Assembly (NCBI RefSeq): GCF_001194135.2
Contig: NC_068984.1
Span: forward strand, 143,898,303 to 143,960,333
Direction: 5' to 3'
Source of the DNA: Octopus bimaculoides
Lineage: Eukaryota
DNA length: 62,031 nt
A program made the translations under genes and the position numbers. The number at the start of each line of letters is the position of its first letter. Positions within the stretch are counted from its first letter, which is position 1. Below are positions 52,193-62,031 of the stretch, piece after piece. A model generated the notes under the pieces. The model made no database searches. It was not told the origin of the DNA and was given only the letters and a program-made list of their open reading frames with translations.

Positions 52193-52924
52193 CGTGTGCG
52201 TTTGTATGTGTGCATGTGCATACACAAACATGTATGTGTGTGTATGTTATTCATAATTTTTGTTTTTATATCGAGTTAGAAAACTATTTAACATTTAACT
52301 GAAGAATTACTCAATACATTTTTGTTGAGTACATATCCATTACACTTTTACAAGAAGTGATGTTATAGAGACATTGAAGCTTCGACCTTCTAGCCTTCGT
52401 CGGACTGTACTATTTTGGGGTTCATTTTGTCTATGGTATGTTGTTTTTCTAAGATAGGTGGAGTTATGTGAAATGATAAGAAAGCTTGGAGTACGTAGGT
52501 TTGGGGAGTAGGTGTATGGGTAGGTAAATAGAGGAAAGTAAGAGGAAGGTATTTTGTAGGGCGTGTGTGCCGAGGGAAATTTATTATTAGAAGATTTTGT
52601 TTGTTTGAAGTGAGAGTTGCATTATTGTTCAGATTCCCACCAGCTTATCCTTATCAAATGCTATACGTCAACGCTCTCTCTGTGATGGACCTTGAAACAC
52701 TCAACACCGACTGGATTTCAAATTGTATAGATGACAAAAAGGAGGTTGCATATCATGAAGGCTAAACTCTTTTTATATCTTAAACAATCCACACCAACAC
52801 ACGCAATCTTCACCAGATCAACTGTAGCAACTCTTTCCCGTACGTCGTCTTCTCCCCACATCTAGTTACCACAACCTCGTGGCAAACAATTCTTCAACTT
52901 TTCTCTGACTGTTTACCAATTCTT

Positions 52925-53455
52925 ATCACAACAAACTTCCACACCTGAAAAAAGAGCACCAAGATCAGCGTGTGCAGGGCCATAGTTCATACCATCTTCC
53001 TATATGGCTCAGAGTCGAGGGTCACTTATCCCCACCATCTACGACTCTTCGAACGCTTCCATCAGCGCTGCCTCCGCACCATCGTCACCAATGTTGAAGT
53101 CCCTAAAGAGGCGTGGGTCACCACCATCGAGGCCATGCTGCTAAAGCCCCAATAAGTCTTCAAGAGGAAGGATCATCGCCTGTCCAAGATCACCCTGTAC
53201 GGCGAACCTTCCACTGGCCATCGCGACAGAGGGACACCAAATAAGCCATACAAGGGCTGTTTGAAAAACGTCCCTTGGTGACTGCCACACTGACCGTCGC
53301 CAGTGGTCCACCGTGGCTGAAGACTGTGGCGCCTTGCGTCTCCAATCAATCATGTTGTCTCCTCCTTCGAAAGCACCCGAAGGGGCACTTTCATGCAGAA
53401 AAGGGGCAGGAAGAAGAATCGCAACACCGCGTCATCAAGTCCTGACCAGTTCCTT
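52925..53455 (+). mobile_element. RTE (BovB-like) LINE, 3' RT region (decayed)
   Basis: TKISVCRAIVHTIFLYGSESRVTYPHHLRLFERFHQRCLRTI..TNVEV..TTIEAMLLK..RLSKITLYGE..GHRDRGTP.KPYKGCLK..DRRQW..AED. Confidence 0.92.
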
Positions 53456-53966
53456 ACTAATTTAGGATAATCACCGTTCGTCATCAACATCCGCTTGGTT
53501 CTAATCTTCATCGTCATCCTCATCGTCGTCGTCATCATCATCATCATCATCACCGCTATCGCCATCATCGTCATCATCATTATCATCATCATCGTCATCA
53601 TCATCATCATCATCATCATAATCTTTATCATCGTCGTCGTCATCATCATCATCATCATCATCTTATCACCATCATTATCTTTATCCTCACTATCATCACC
53701 ATCAACATAATCAGTACTATCATGCTCCTACTCCTCCTGCTACTACTAATCCTCACCCCCTACTACTACTACTCCTCCTCGTCATCATCACCCCCATCAT
53801 CCTCTTACATTAAGGCCATACAGAGTACAGGCACAAAACAAAAACCTGAGTTTTTCTTAATACTTTGTAGAAACGAGAATTGTTGAGAGAAGACATTATT
53901 AAGAAGTGAGTGAGTTGTCATCTGACTCCAATAACACTGTTAACAGCGACACCTACAGCACTCCAT

Positions 53967-54006
53967 TGACGTCACCATTAATTATGCGACGTCACACTGA
54001 CGTCAG
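53967..54006. promoter_or_regulatory. Cluster of cAMP-response-element (CRE) motifs around a TAATTA homeodomain site
   Basis: TGACGTCA 53967-74, TAATTA 53979-84, CGACGTCA 53987-94, CTGACGTCAG 53997-54006. Motif match only; function untested. Confidence 0.45.
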
Positions 54007-54517
54007 CGCAAAAAGACTGCTTCTATGACATTATAGCGTTCAAGTATACATGTGTGTGTGTATGCGTGCGTGTGTGTGTGTGAGTGTGTGGATGTGCGTG
54101 TGTGTGTGTGTGTGTTTGTCTGAGTGGTGTATGTGTGTGTACTCCCACACATATGCGTATACAAACATACATCTCATTTACTACCGCAATGTGTATGTAC
54201 GTAGACAAGTATGTATGCATGCATGCATATATGTGTGTGTGTTGTGTGTGTGTGTGCGTGCGTGTGTGTGTGTGCGTGTGTGTGTGTGTATACACTCATA
54301 TACAAATGCAGATACACACACAAACACACACGCACACACACACGCGAACACACACACACACACACACACACACACTCATATATATATATATATATATATA
54401 TACGATGAGTTCCTTTAGTTCCCGTCTGTGCGGACTCCGACGATGACAGCATTTGTTAAGATCGTGGAATAGAACGATTGGATAAAACAGAACTATGAAT
54501 GCACCTAAAATGCTTAC

Positions 54518-54526
54518 CGGAAACAT
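54518..54526 (-). other. Candidate 9-nt microexon (ATGTTTCCG)
   Basis: Minus strand TTTCTTTATTAGTGCATCTTTGACTTACAG / ATGTTTCCG / GTAAGC. Splice signals only; no transcript evidence. Confidence 0.3.
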
Positions 54527-55065
54527 CTGTAAGTCAAAGATGCACTAATAAAGAAATATGTAAAGCCCATTATCTATGCCTTTTCTTTTATATACATACA
54601 CACACACACATATGTGTGTGTTTAATTAGACTGCTGCACATTTAACATCCAAAGGTACATCTTTTTCCTCTGATGAAATTATACTTATGTCACATAAATG
54701 TAAATTTAATCTACAAATTAGATTATTGAGTATTAATTGAAACAGCTGTAAGAAGCGAAGATGACCAATTTGTTAATAATAAACATACTGTATTGTTTTA
54801 TGTAGAGTGATGCAGTGAATTAGAATTTGTTTTTATTGTAAGTATATAGTGAACCAGCGGAAGCGTGTAGTGCTTCCACATTCAATATATCAGTCGAAGT
54901 CGTGCAGTTTACAACTTCATTTGCAATCATGTTTATAAACCGTATGAATCACTAGTAGTTTGCTCGCTGATTAGATAAGACTAATCCAAACCTTCATTAA
55001 ATACATGCTGCGTTCTGTTTTAGGGGGTTTTGATGAGCTTATCTATTCTATAATTTGTATGTAAA

Positions 55066-55175
55066 GCTGGCAAACTCGTTAACGCGTCGGACAAAAGGAT
55101 TAGCAGTATTCCTTCCGGTTCTTTACATTCTGAGCCCAAATCCTGCCGAGGTCAACTTTGCCTTTCATCCCTTCA
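55066..55175 (+). mobile_element. SINE family B, 5' part
   Basis: AGCTGGCAAACTCGTTAACGCGTCGG..TTCTGAGCCCAAATCCTGCCGAGGTCAACTTTGCCTTTCATCC. Confidence 0.8.
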
Positions 55176-55344
55176 GATAAAATTGTTCCCTCCTTTCAAT
55201 ACTGCTACCCCTGAATCAAGCAAGGGGCCGGTGTCCCATCTAGTGGGGGGAATGTTGTGATCTTCATCGCTTAGGTGACATGGAAACCGTTTAGCCAGCC
55301 TTAGGTGTCCTGGGAATCAAGAAAAACAAGATAAATACCACGTA

Positions 55345-55762
55345 TTCGTTTATTCTTTTACTCTTTTACTTGTTTCAGTCATTTGACTGCGACTATACTG
55401 GGGCACCACCTTTAGTCAAGCAAATCAACCCCAGGACTTATTCTTTGTAAGCCTAGTACTTATTCTATCCGTCTTTTTTGCCGAACTGCTAAGTTACGGG
55501 GACGTAAATACACCAACATCGGTCGTCAAGTGATGTTGGGGGCACAAACACAGACACACAAACATATACGTCGTATATATATATGTATATATATATATAT
55601 ACGACGGGCTTCTTTCAGTTTCCGTCTACCAAATCCACTCACAAAGCTTTGNNNNNNNNNNTTCCGTCTACCAAATCCACTCACAAAGCTTTGGTCGGCT
55701 CGAGGCTATAGTAGAAGACACTTGCCCAAGATGCCCCGCTGTGGGATTGAAACCGGAACCAG
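55345..55762 (-). mobile_element. SINE family A (head clipped)
   Basis: Full tail, internal CA/TA tract and body; a 10-N gap with duplicated contig ends lies inside. Confidence 0.9.
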
Positions 55763-55887
55763 TGTCGGATATATTTGTTTGGTTTTACTTGTAACCATAT
55801 TGTTCTGTGAGTTAGTCTATTACTTCGCCGAAATAACTGTTGTTAATCAGTTTTAATTCTGTAGATTTAATTATTTACTGCTTTCTA

Positions 55888-56095
55888 AGCTGGCAGAATG
55901 GTTAGCACGCCGGGCAAAATGCTTAGCGGTATTTCGTTCGTCTTTACGTTCTGAGTTCAAATTCCGCCCAGGTCGACTTTGCCTTTCTTCCTTTCCAGGT
56001 CGATAAATTAAGTACCAGTTGAATACTGAAGGTCGATGTAATCAACTAGTCCCCTACCCCAAAACATTTCAGGTCTTGTGCTTCGAGTATAAAAG
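55888..56095 (+). mobile_element. SINE family B (full length)
   Basis: AGCTGGCAGAATGGTTAGCACGCCGGGCAAAATGCTTAGCGG..GAGTTCAAATTCCGCC..TTGTGCTTCGAGTATAAAAGG. Confidence 0.9.
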
Positions 56096-56129
56096 GGTTT
56101 TATTTATTGCTTTGTTTACCTTTTATCTT

Positions 56130-56775
56130 TTGCTTTTTTCACTCATTTGAATGTGGCCATGCTGGGGCGGCGCCTTGAAGAAGTGTAATGTAATAGAACG
56201 AGTCGAACCCGGTCGTTATTTTTTTTCTTTTAGCATGGTGATTATTCTATCGGTTATCTTTTGCCGAACCGCTAGGTTACGGAGATTTAAGGACACCAAC
56301 ACCGATTGTGAAGTAGCGTTGAGGGACAACCAGACACTAAGACGCACACTACATACACATACACACACACACACACACAAACATATTATGATTCGCCATT
56401 ATTATGATTGACCGTTGACTGGACACTATTCAATTTTTTTTCTCCGTGTTTTTCTCCTTGTCTCCGTATTCTTTCTGTTGAAGAGCGTAGCTCGAAACGT
56501 CAAAGACTTTCCGTATTCCCGAGCGTCATACTAATACATCCTTTTGTTATTTACACCACCTGTCCTCGTCTGTTGTTGTTTTTTCGTATACTCTCCCATA
56601 TATATGTATATATATATACGACGGGCTTCTTTCTGTTTCTGTCTACCAAATCCACTCACAAGGCTTTGGTCGGCTCGAGGCTATAGCAGAAGACACTTGC
56701 CGACGGTGCTACGCAGTGGAACTGAACCCGGAACCATGTGGTTGGGAAACAAACTTCTTACCACACAGCCACGCA
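56130..56775 (-). mobile_element. SINE family A interrupted by an insertion at its internal microsatellite
   Basis: Tail 56130-56335, (CA)n, foreign 56395-56600, then (TA)n, body and head 56600-56775. Confidence 0.85.
56395..56600 (+). mobile_element. Penelope pLTR-like fragment with degenerate hammerhead core
   Basis: CTGTTGA-A-GAGC GTA GCTC-GAAAC GTC AAA GAC at 56475-56507. Confidence 0.55.
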
Positions 56776-56784
56776 AGAATATTT

Positions 56785-57185
56785 TAGTACTTGTTTGTGG
56801 AGAAGTATTTAAAGACTCTCCTAAGTAGGTATTTTACTTGTGCTGTTTTGTGTCTGTTTCAATATTCCTTGTCTCTGCGTCTATTTATTTTTCTGTTGTG
56901 GGGGGTCTTTGATGTAAACGGATGTCCTAAATATGTTGTTTTTATCTAAATGTTTATGTCGAAGCTGGAGACATACTGCTGGTCGTGTTTTATTTATGCT
57001 GTTTTCGTCGATGAATTTAGTACAAAGTTGTTTTCAGGTCTGTCTTTAATGTCTCGACCTTTTCCGGCGTGTCCATTACGACGAGTATATCGCTCACATA
57101 CTTGGTTTGTGTTCTAAGTTTATATCTTAGTACCACTTTGTTCTCTATTGTGATATTAGGGTCCACTTTTGCTGTCGGTGTTTTA
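56785..57185 (-). mobile_element. Penelope-like element RT core remnant
   Basis: Minus strand KYVSDILVVMDT.EKVETLK (YVDD-like), SFDINI, FRTSVYIKDP (TSVYxKPT), VKYLLRRVF. Confidence 0.7.
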
Positions 57186-57571
57186 TGTGTTCACAATAGA
57201 AAACAAAATCGTAAACATAAACAATGTACATTAGGTCTGTGGCTGATATAGACGTTGTAATGGGGTTTGTGATAAACGGAACTGAAGTCAGTTTGAGGTT
57301 GGAGCTGGAGAGAAAACGACCGCGGGTGGGGGAGAGAAATAGATAGATAAATATGTTTGAGAGAGGTTTAGGAGATAGAGAGAGGGGGAAAAACAAAGAA
57401 AAAGGGAGAGGAAAGGAGAAGTTGATAAGATAGACGGAGTGGAGGATAGAGTTTGAAGGGAGAGGTGAAAGGGAGAAGAGAAGAGTTGGGAGGGAGAAGT
57501 CGAGAGATATAGATACATCAGTGGAGAGCGGTTTGAGGAAAAGCAAGAGACTGAGAGAGAGAGAGAGAGAG

Positions 57572-57636
<65 letters not shown>

Positions 57637-58379
57637 GAGAGAAATGAACGAAGAGAATAAGAGGAGAGTAAGAGCGGGAAAGAATGAAAAGAACAAATAG
57701 AGAGTAGAGAAGGATTTAGAAGCGTTGAAAGNNNNNNNNNNNNNNNNNNNNNNNNNNNNNNNNNNNNNNNNNNNNNNNNNNNNNNNNNNNNNNNNNNNNN
57801 NNNNNNNNNNNNNNNNNNNNNNNNNNNNNNNNNNNNNNNNNNNNNNNNNNNNNNNNNNNNNNNNNNNNNNNNNNNNNNNNNNNNNNNNNNNNNNNNNNNN
57901 NNNNNNNNNNNNNNNNNNNNNNNNNNNNNNNNNNNNNNNNNNNNNNNNNNNNNNNNNNNNNNNNNNNNNNNNNNNNNNNNNNNNNNNNNNNNNNNNNNNN
58001 NNNNNNNNNNNNNNNNNNNNNNNNNNNNNNNNNNNNNNNNNNNNNNNNNNNNNNNNNNNNNNNNNNNNNNNNNNNNNNNNNNNNNNNNNNNNNNNNNNNN
58101 NNNNNNNNNNNNNNNNNNNNNNNNNNNNNNNNNNNNNNNNNNNNNNNNNNNNNNNNNNNNNNNNNNNNNNNNNNNNNNNNNNNNNNNNNNNNNNNNNNNN
58201 NNNNNNNNNNNNNNNNNNNNNNNNNNNNNNNNNNNNNNNNNNNNNNNNNNNNNNNNNNNNNNNNNNNGTCACCAAAAGACAGGGGAGAGCAGGTGACAAA
58301 ATATATGGAATACGTGTGAAGGCTGCGACGAGTGAAAACGGTGACAAAAGACTGGAATGCAATGGGAGATTGCGTATTT

Positions 58380-58433
<54 letters not shown>

Positions 58434-58739
58434 CTGCATTGTGTCGTGTATGTGTAAGGCCAGAGTCGATAATGAAGAGGTGCTGTTGTTGCTAACACTG
58501 TCGCACAGTTAGCTTAACGACCTTCTTTAGCAAAGATGGCTGCCGTTGCTGCAACAGCCTCGATGTGGTCGTTAATTAACATTCCATTGTCCTCTCATTT
58601 CAATCGTTCTCTCTGCTCGCAAACAATAACCTCTCGCAGGCACAAAGGCGCAGGAGGCAGGACGCGCGCGCTTTTTCTTTTTTTTCACTCAGTCTAAGGA
58701 TTTCTACGTGTACTCACACACATATACACACGCTCATAT

Positions 58740-58788
<49 letters not shown>

Positions 58789-58802
58789 CATACATACATA
58801 CG

Positions 58803-58837
<35 letters not shown>

Positions 58838-59103
58838 CTACATATATACATACACACACATACAGGCACATATCTATATATGAATATATGCTTGCATATA
58901 TATTTTTTATGCTACATACATATAAACACACACACAGCGTGGTGATAGCGATGGTGGTGGTGGTAGTGGTGATTGTGGTGTTGGTGTTGATGGCGGTGGT
59001 GCTGCTGCAGCAGTTGGCGGCGGTGATGTTGATGTTGTAATGGTGTCTGTATTGTTGTTGTTGTTTTCTTGCTGGTTACATCGATGATGTTGATGGCGAC
59101 GAC

Positions 59104-59193
<90 letters not shown>

Positions 59194-59390
59194 ATTTCTC
59201 TACGAAGGTACAACCGGACATTCACCATAGCAGCGGTTATCTGGTCACTTCCAGAGTTTTCCAACTCTCTCTCTCTCTTTCTGTCTCTTTCTCTCTCTCC
59301 CTCTTACTCTGTCTCTCTGTTCTTTCGCCCTCTCTCTCTATTTATCTATCTTTCTCTATCTTAGTCAGATAGAGGGAGACAGAGCGAGCG

Positions 59391-59488
<98 letters not shown>

Positions 59489-59979
59489 CATATGTATGTA
59501 TTATATACATGTACTTGTTTATACATATATACATATCCATGTATATACATATGTAGGTATATATATATGCACACAAACACATACACATATACACATACAT
59601 ATATGCATAAATCTATGTATATTTTTATATATGACTTTATTTTATGCAAATATAAATCTACATTTATATTTTAATATGCATAAACATGTACATATATACA
59701 TTTATATATAATAATGTATATATATGTATGTATATATATGTACGTATGCATGTATATACACACACATAGATATGTAGGTTAAGTATCTAAGTATACATAT
59801 ACATATGCATATCAACATACATATACATACGTATATATGCACTATATGTATAAAAAGGGGTGTGTGTGCGTGTGTGTGCGTGTGTGTGTGTGTGTGTGTG
59901 TATTGGTACTGGAAATCTCTGCCTTGCCTTTCTCCATTTTCTATCATTTTCTTTCTCTCATATACATTCATATATATAT

Positions 59980-60022
<43 letters not shown>

Positions 60023-60250
60023 TATATACATATACATACATATTTATATATACATATATGTCACACACGTTATATATATATATATGTTTGCACATACATA
60101 CACACAAGCATACATGTATACATACAGTGTGAGAAATTGATAGAATGATAGATAGATAGATAGACACACAGACTGACAGATAGGCAGACAGACAAGCAGA
60201 CACACAGACACACAGACACACAGACAGACAGTCAGATAGATAAATAGACG

Positions 60251-60322
<72 letters not shown>

Positions 60323-60849
60323 TGACTGTGTTAGCGTTGCCGAAAACTATGCTTTGTGTTCTGCTTTTGTCCCATTCCCTGCAATATTATAAGACCTGTT
60401 AACTCTCTCCAGGATTTCCTTTTATTTCTTATTTTCTTTCTCACGCCTACATCCGGTCGTGTTTTTTTTTTCTTTCGGAGCTACTTCCGGTGGTTTCGTA
60501 TTTTTGGAATGGTTATTGTTGTTCTGTGGCTGTTATAGAGAGAAAGTGTTATGGTTACATTAGCAACAATATCGAGAACAACATGATGTGGTGGTTTTAG
60601 GACAATGGCACACGTTCCGGCAAGAAGCGTGTATAATCTAGCAGGAGGGAAGGAAAAAAACAACATTCGCCACAGATTTCAAAAGAAAAGTCTCTATCAT
60701 TCTATTTTGCTTGTCGCTACGTGTGTTTGAGTGTTACGCTTTAAGCAACTTTAACTATGGAACAAAATCGAAGGGGTTCAAAACATCTGAAACAATGCAA
60801 CAATGTTATGAAAATCGATCAATTTATACAAAATATATTCAGAAATGTT

Positions 60850-60960
60850 TTATCTTTTACTTGTTTCAGTCATTAGTCTGCGGCGATGCTGGGGCACCAC
60901 GTTGAAGAATTTTTAAAGGAACGAATCGATCGCCAGTACTTATTTTTCAAATCCTTGTAC
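60850..60960 (-). mobile_element. SINE family A tail
   Basis: TTTTACTTGTTTCAGTCATTAGTCTGCGGCGATGCTGGGGCACC..GAATCGATCGCCAGTACTT. Confidence 0.8.
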
Positions 60961-60963
60961 TAA

Positions 60964-61011
<48 letters not shown>

Positions 61012-61013
<2 letters not shown>

Positions 61014-61548
61014 GCGTGGCTATGTGGTCAGAAGCTTGCTTCCGAACCACATGGTTCCGGGTTCAGTCCCACNNNNNNNNNNNNNNNNNNNNNNNNNNNN
61101 NNNNNNNNNNNNNNNNNNNNNNNNNNNNNNNNNNNNNNNNNNNNNNNNNNNNNNNNNNNNNNNNNNNNNNNNNNNNNNNNNNNNNNNNNNNNNNNNNNNN
61201 NNNNNNNNNNNNNNNNNNNNNNNNNNNNNNNNNNNNNNNNNNNNNNNNNNNNNNNNNNNNNNNNNNNNNNNNNNNNNNNNNNNNNNNNNNNNNNNNNNNN
61301 NNNNNNNNNNNNNNNNNNNNNNNNNNNNTGTGTGTGTGTGTGTGTGTTAGTGTGTCTGTGTTTGTCCCCCACCATCACTTTACAACCGATGCTGGTGGTT
61401 TACGCCCCCGTAAATTAGCGGTTCGGAAAAAGAGATTGACAGAATAAGTACTAGGCTTACAAAGAATATGACCTGGGGTCGATTTGCTCGTCTAAAGGCG
61501 ATGCTCCAGCATGGCCGCAGTCAAATGACTGAAACAAGTAAAAGAATA

Positions 61549-61552
<4 letters not shown>
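61012..61552 (+). mobile_element. SINE family A, full length, gap over body and internal microsatellite
   Basis: Head GGCGTGGCTATGTGGTCAGAAGCTTGCTTCCGAACCACATGGTTCCGGGTTCAGTCCCAC; tail to GAAACAAGTAAAAGAATAAAAG, then (GATA)n. Confidence 0.92.
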
Positions 61553-61593
<41 letters not shown>

Positions 61594-61874
61594 CATTGAC
61601 ATGTGCTTTGACTCGCTGTTCATTTATCAATCACTTTAGAATTTATCGATTAAGTTGTCTTTCATGTATCTATATAAGTATGTATATATTTACTCAATAT
61701 ATCAATATGTGTGTATACAAACGTATGTATGTATAAGTATCTGAAAAGAAATATATGTCATACACGCGCACGTACAAACCTCACATGCACAAGGCAACTC
61801 ACGTAGACACACGCGCGCGTACACACACTCACACACACACACACACACACTCACACACACACACACACATGCGC

Positions 61875-61908
<34 letters not shown>

Positions 61909-62031
61909 TGTTTTAATCAATAAAGTTTTGACCTGATCAGATTACCACTGAAGCTTATCATTGTTTATATCTCTATCGATATATCCATCAGTTCGACTCT
62001 GTGATCAATTGATCTGCCTGCCCGCCCGCCC

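Noticed and set aside
55620-55692. 31-bp direct repeat either side of a 10-N gap
   Set aside because: Typical unmerged overlapping contig ends, an assembly artefact.

Overview
Eukaryotic, repeat-saturated draft-assembly DNA: about 23 N-gaps (roughly 8.5 kb) and very dense (TA)n, (CA)n, (CT)n, (TAGA)n, (TAA)n and (CAT)n microsatellites. The SINE content and microsatellite load point to a coleoid cephalopod, most likely Octopus (inference, no search run). No protein-coding host exon could be recognised with confidence, and almost all ORFs in the track are microsatellite or gap artefacts. What can be supported is a fossil record of mobile elements: at least four tRNA-headed SINE types (called A-D here, about 22 copies or fragments), RTE LINE fragments, a CR1/L2-group fragment, an RLE-type (R4/Dong-like) LINE end sitting in TAA repeats, three Penelope-like (PLE) coding remnants, Tc1 and mariner fragments, a pogo/Tigger-like MITE, a hAT MITE and a Helentron-type non-autonomous element. 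The most interesting signals are a nearly complete minimal hammerhead ribozyme with a one-base core insertion (17023-17072, minus) plus two more degenerate ones, a triple CRE cluster (53967-54006), a candidate 9-nt microexon (54518-54526, minus), modular SINEs sharing a 3' tail, and close inverted SINE pairs that could be ADAR substrates. I did not find a demonstrably new system; these are leads to test.
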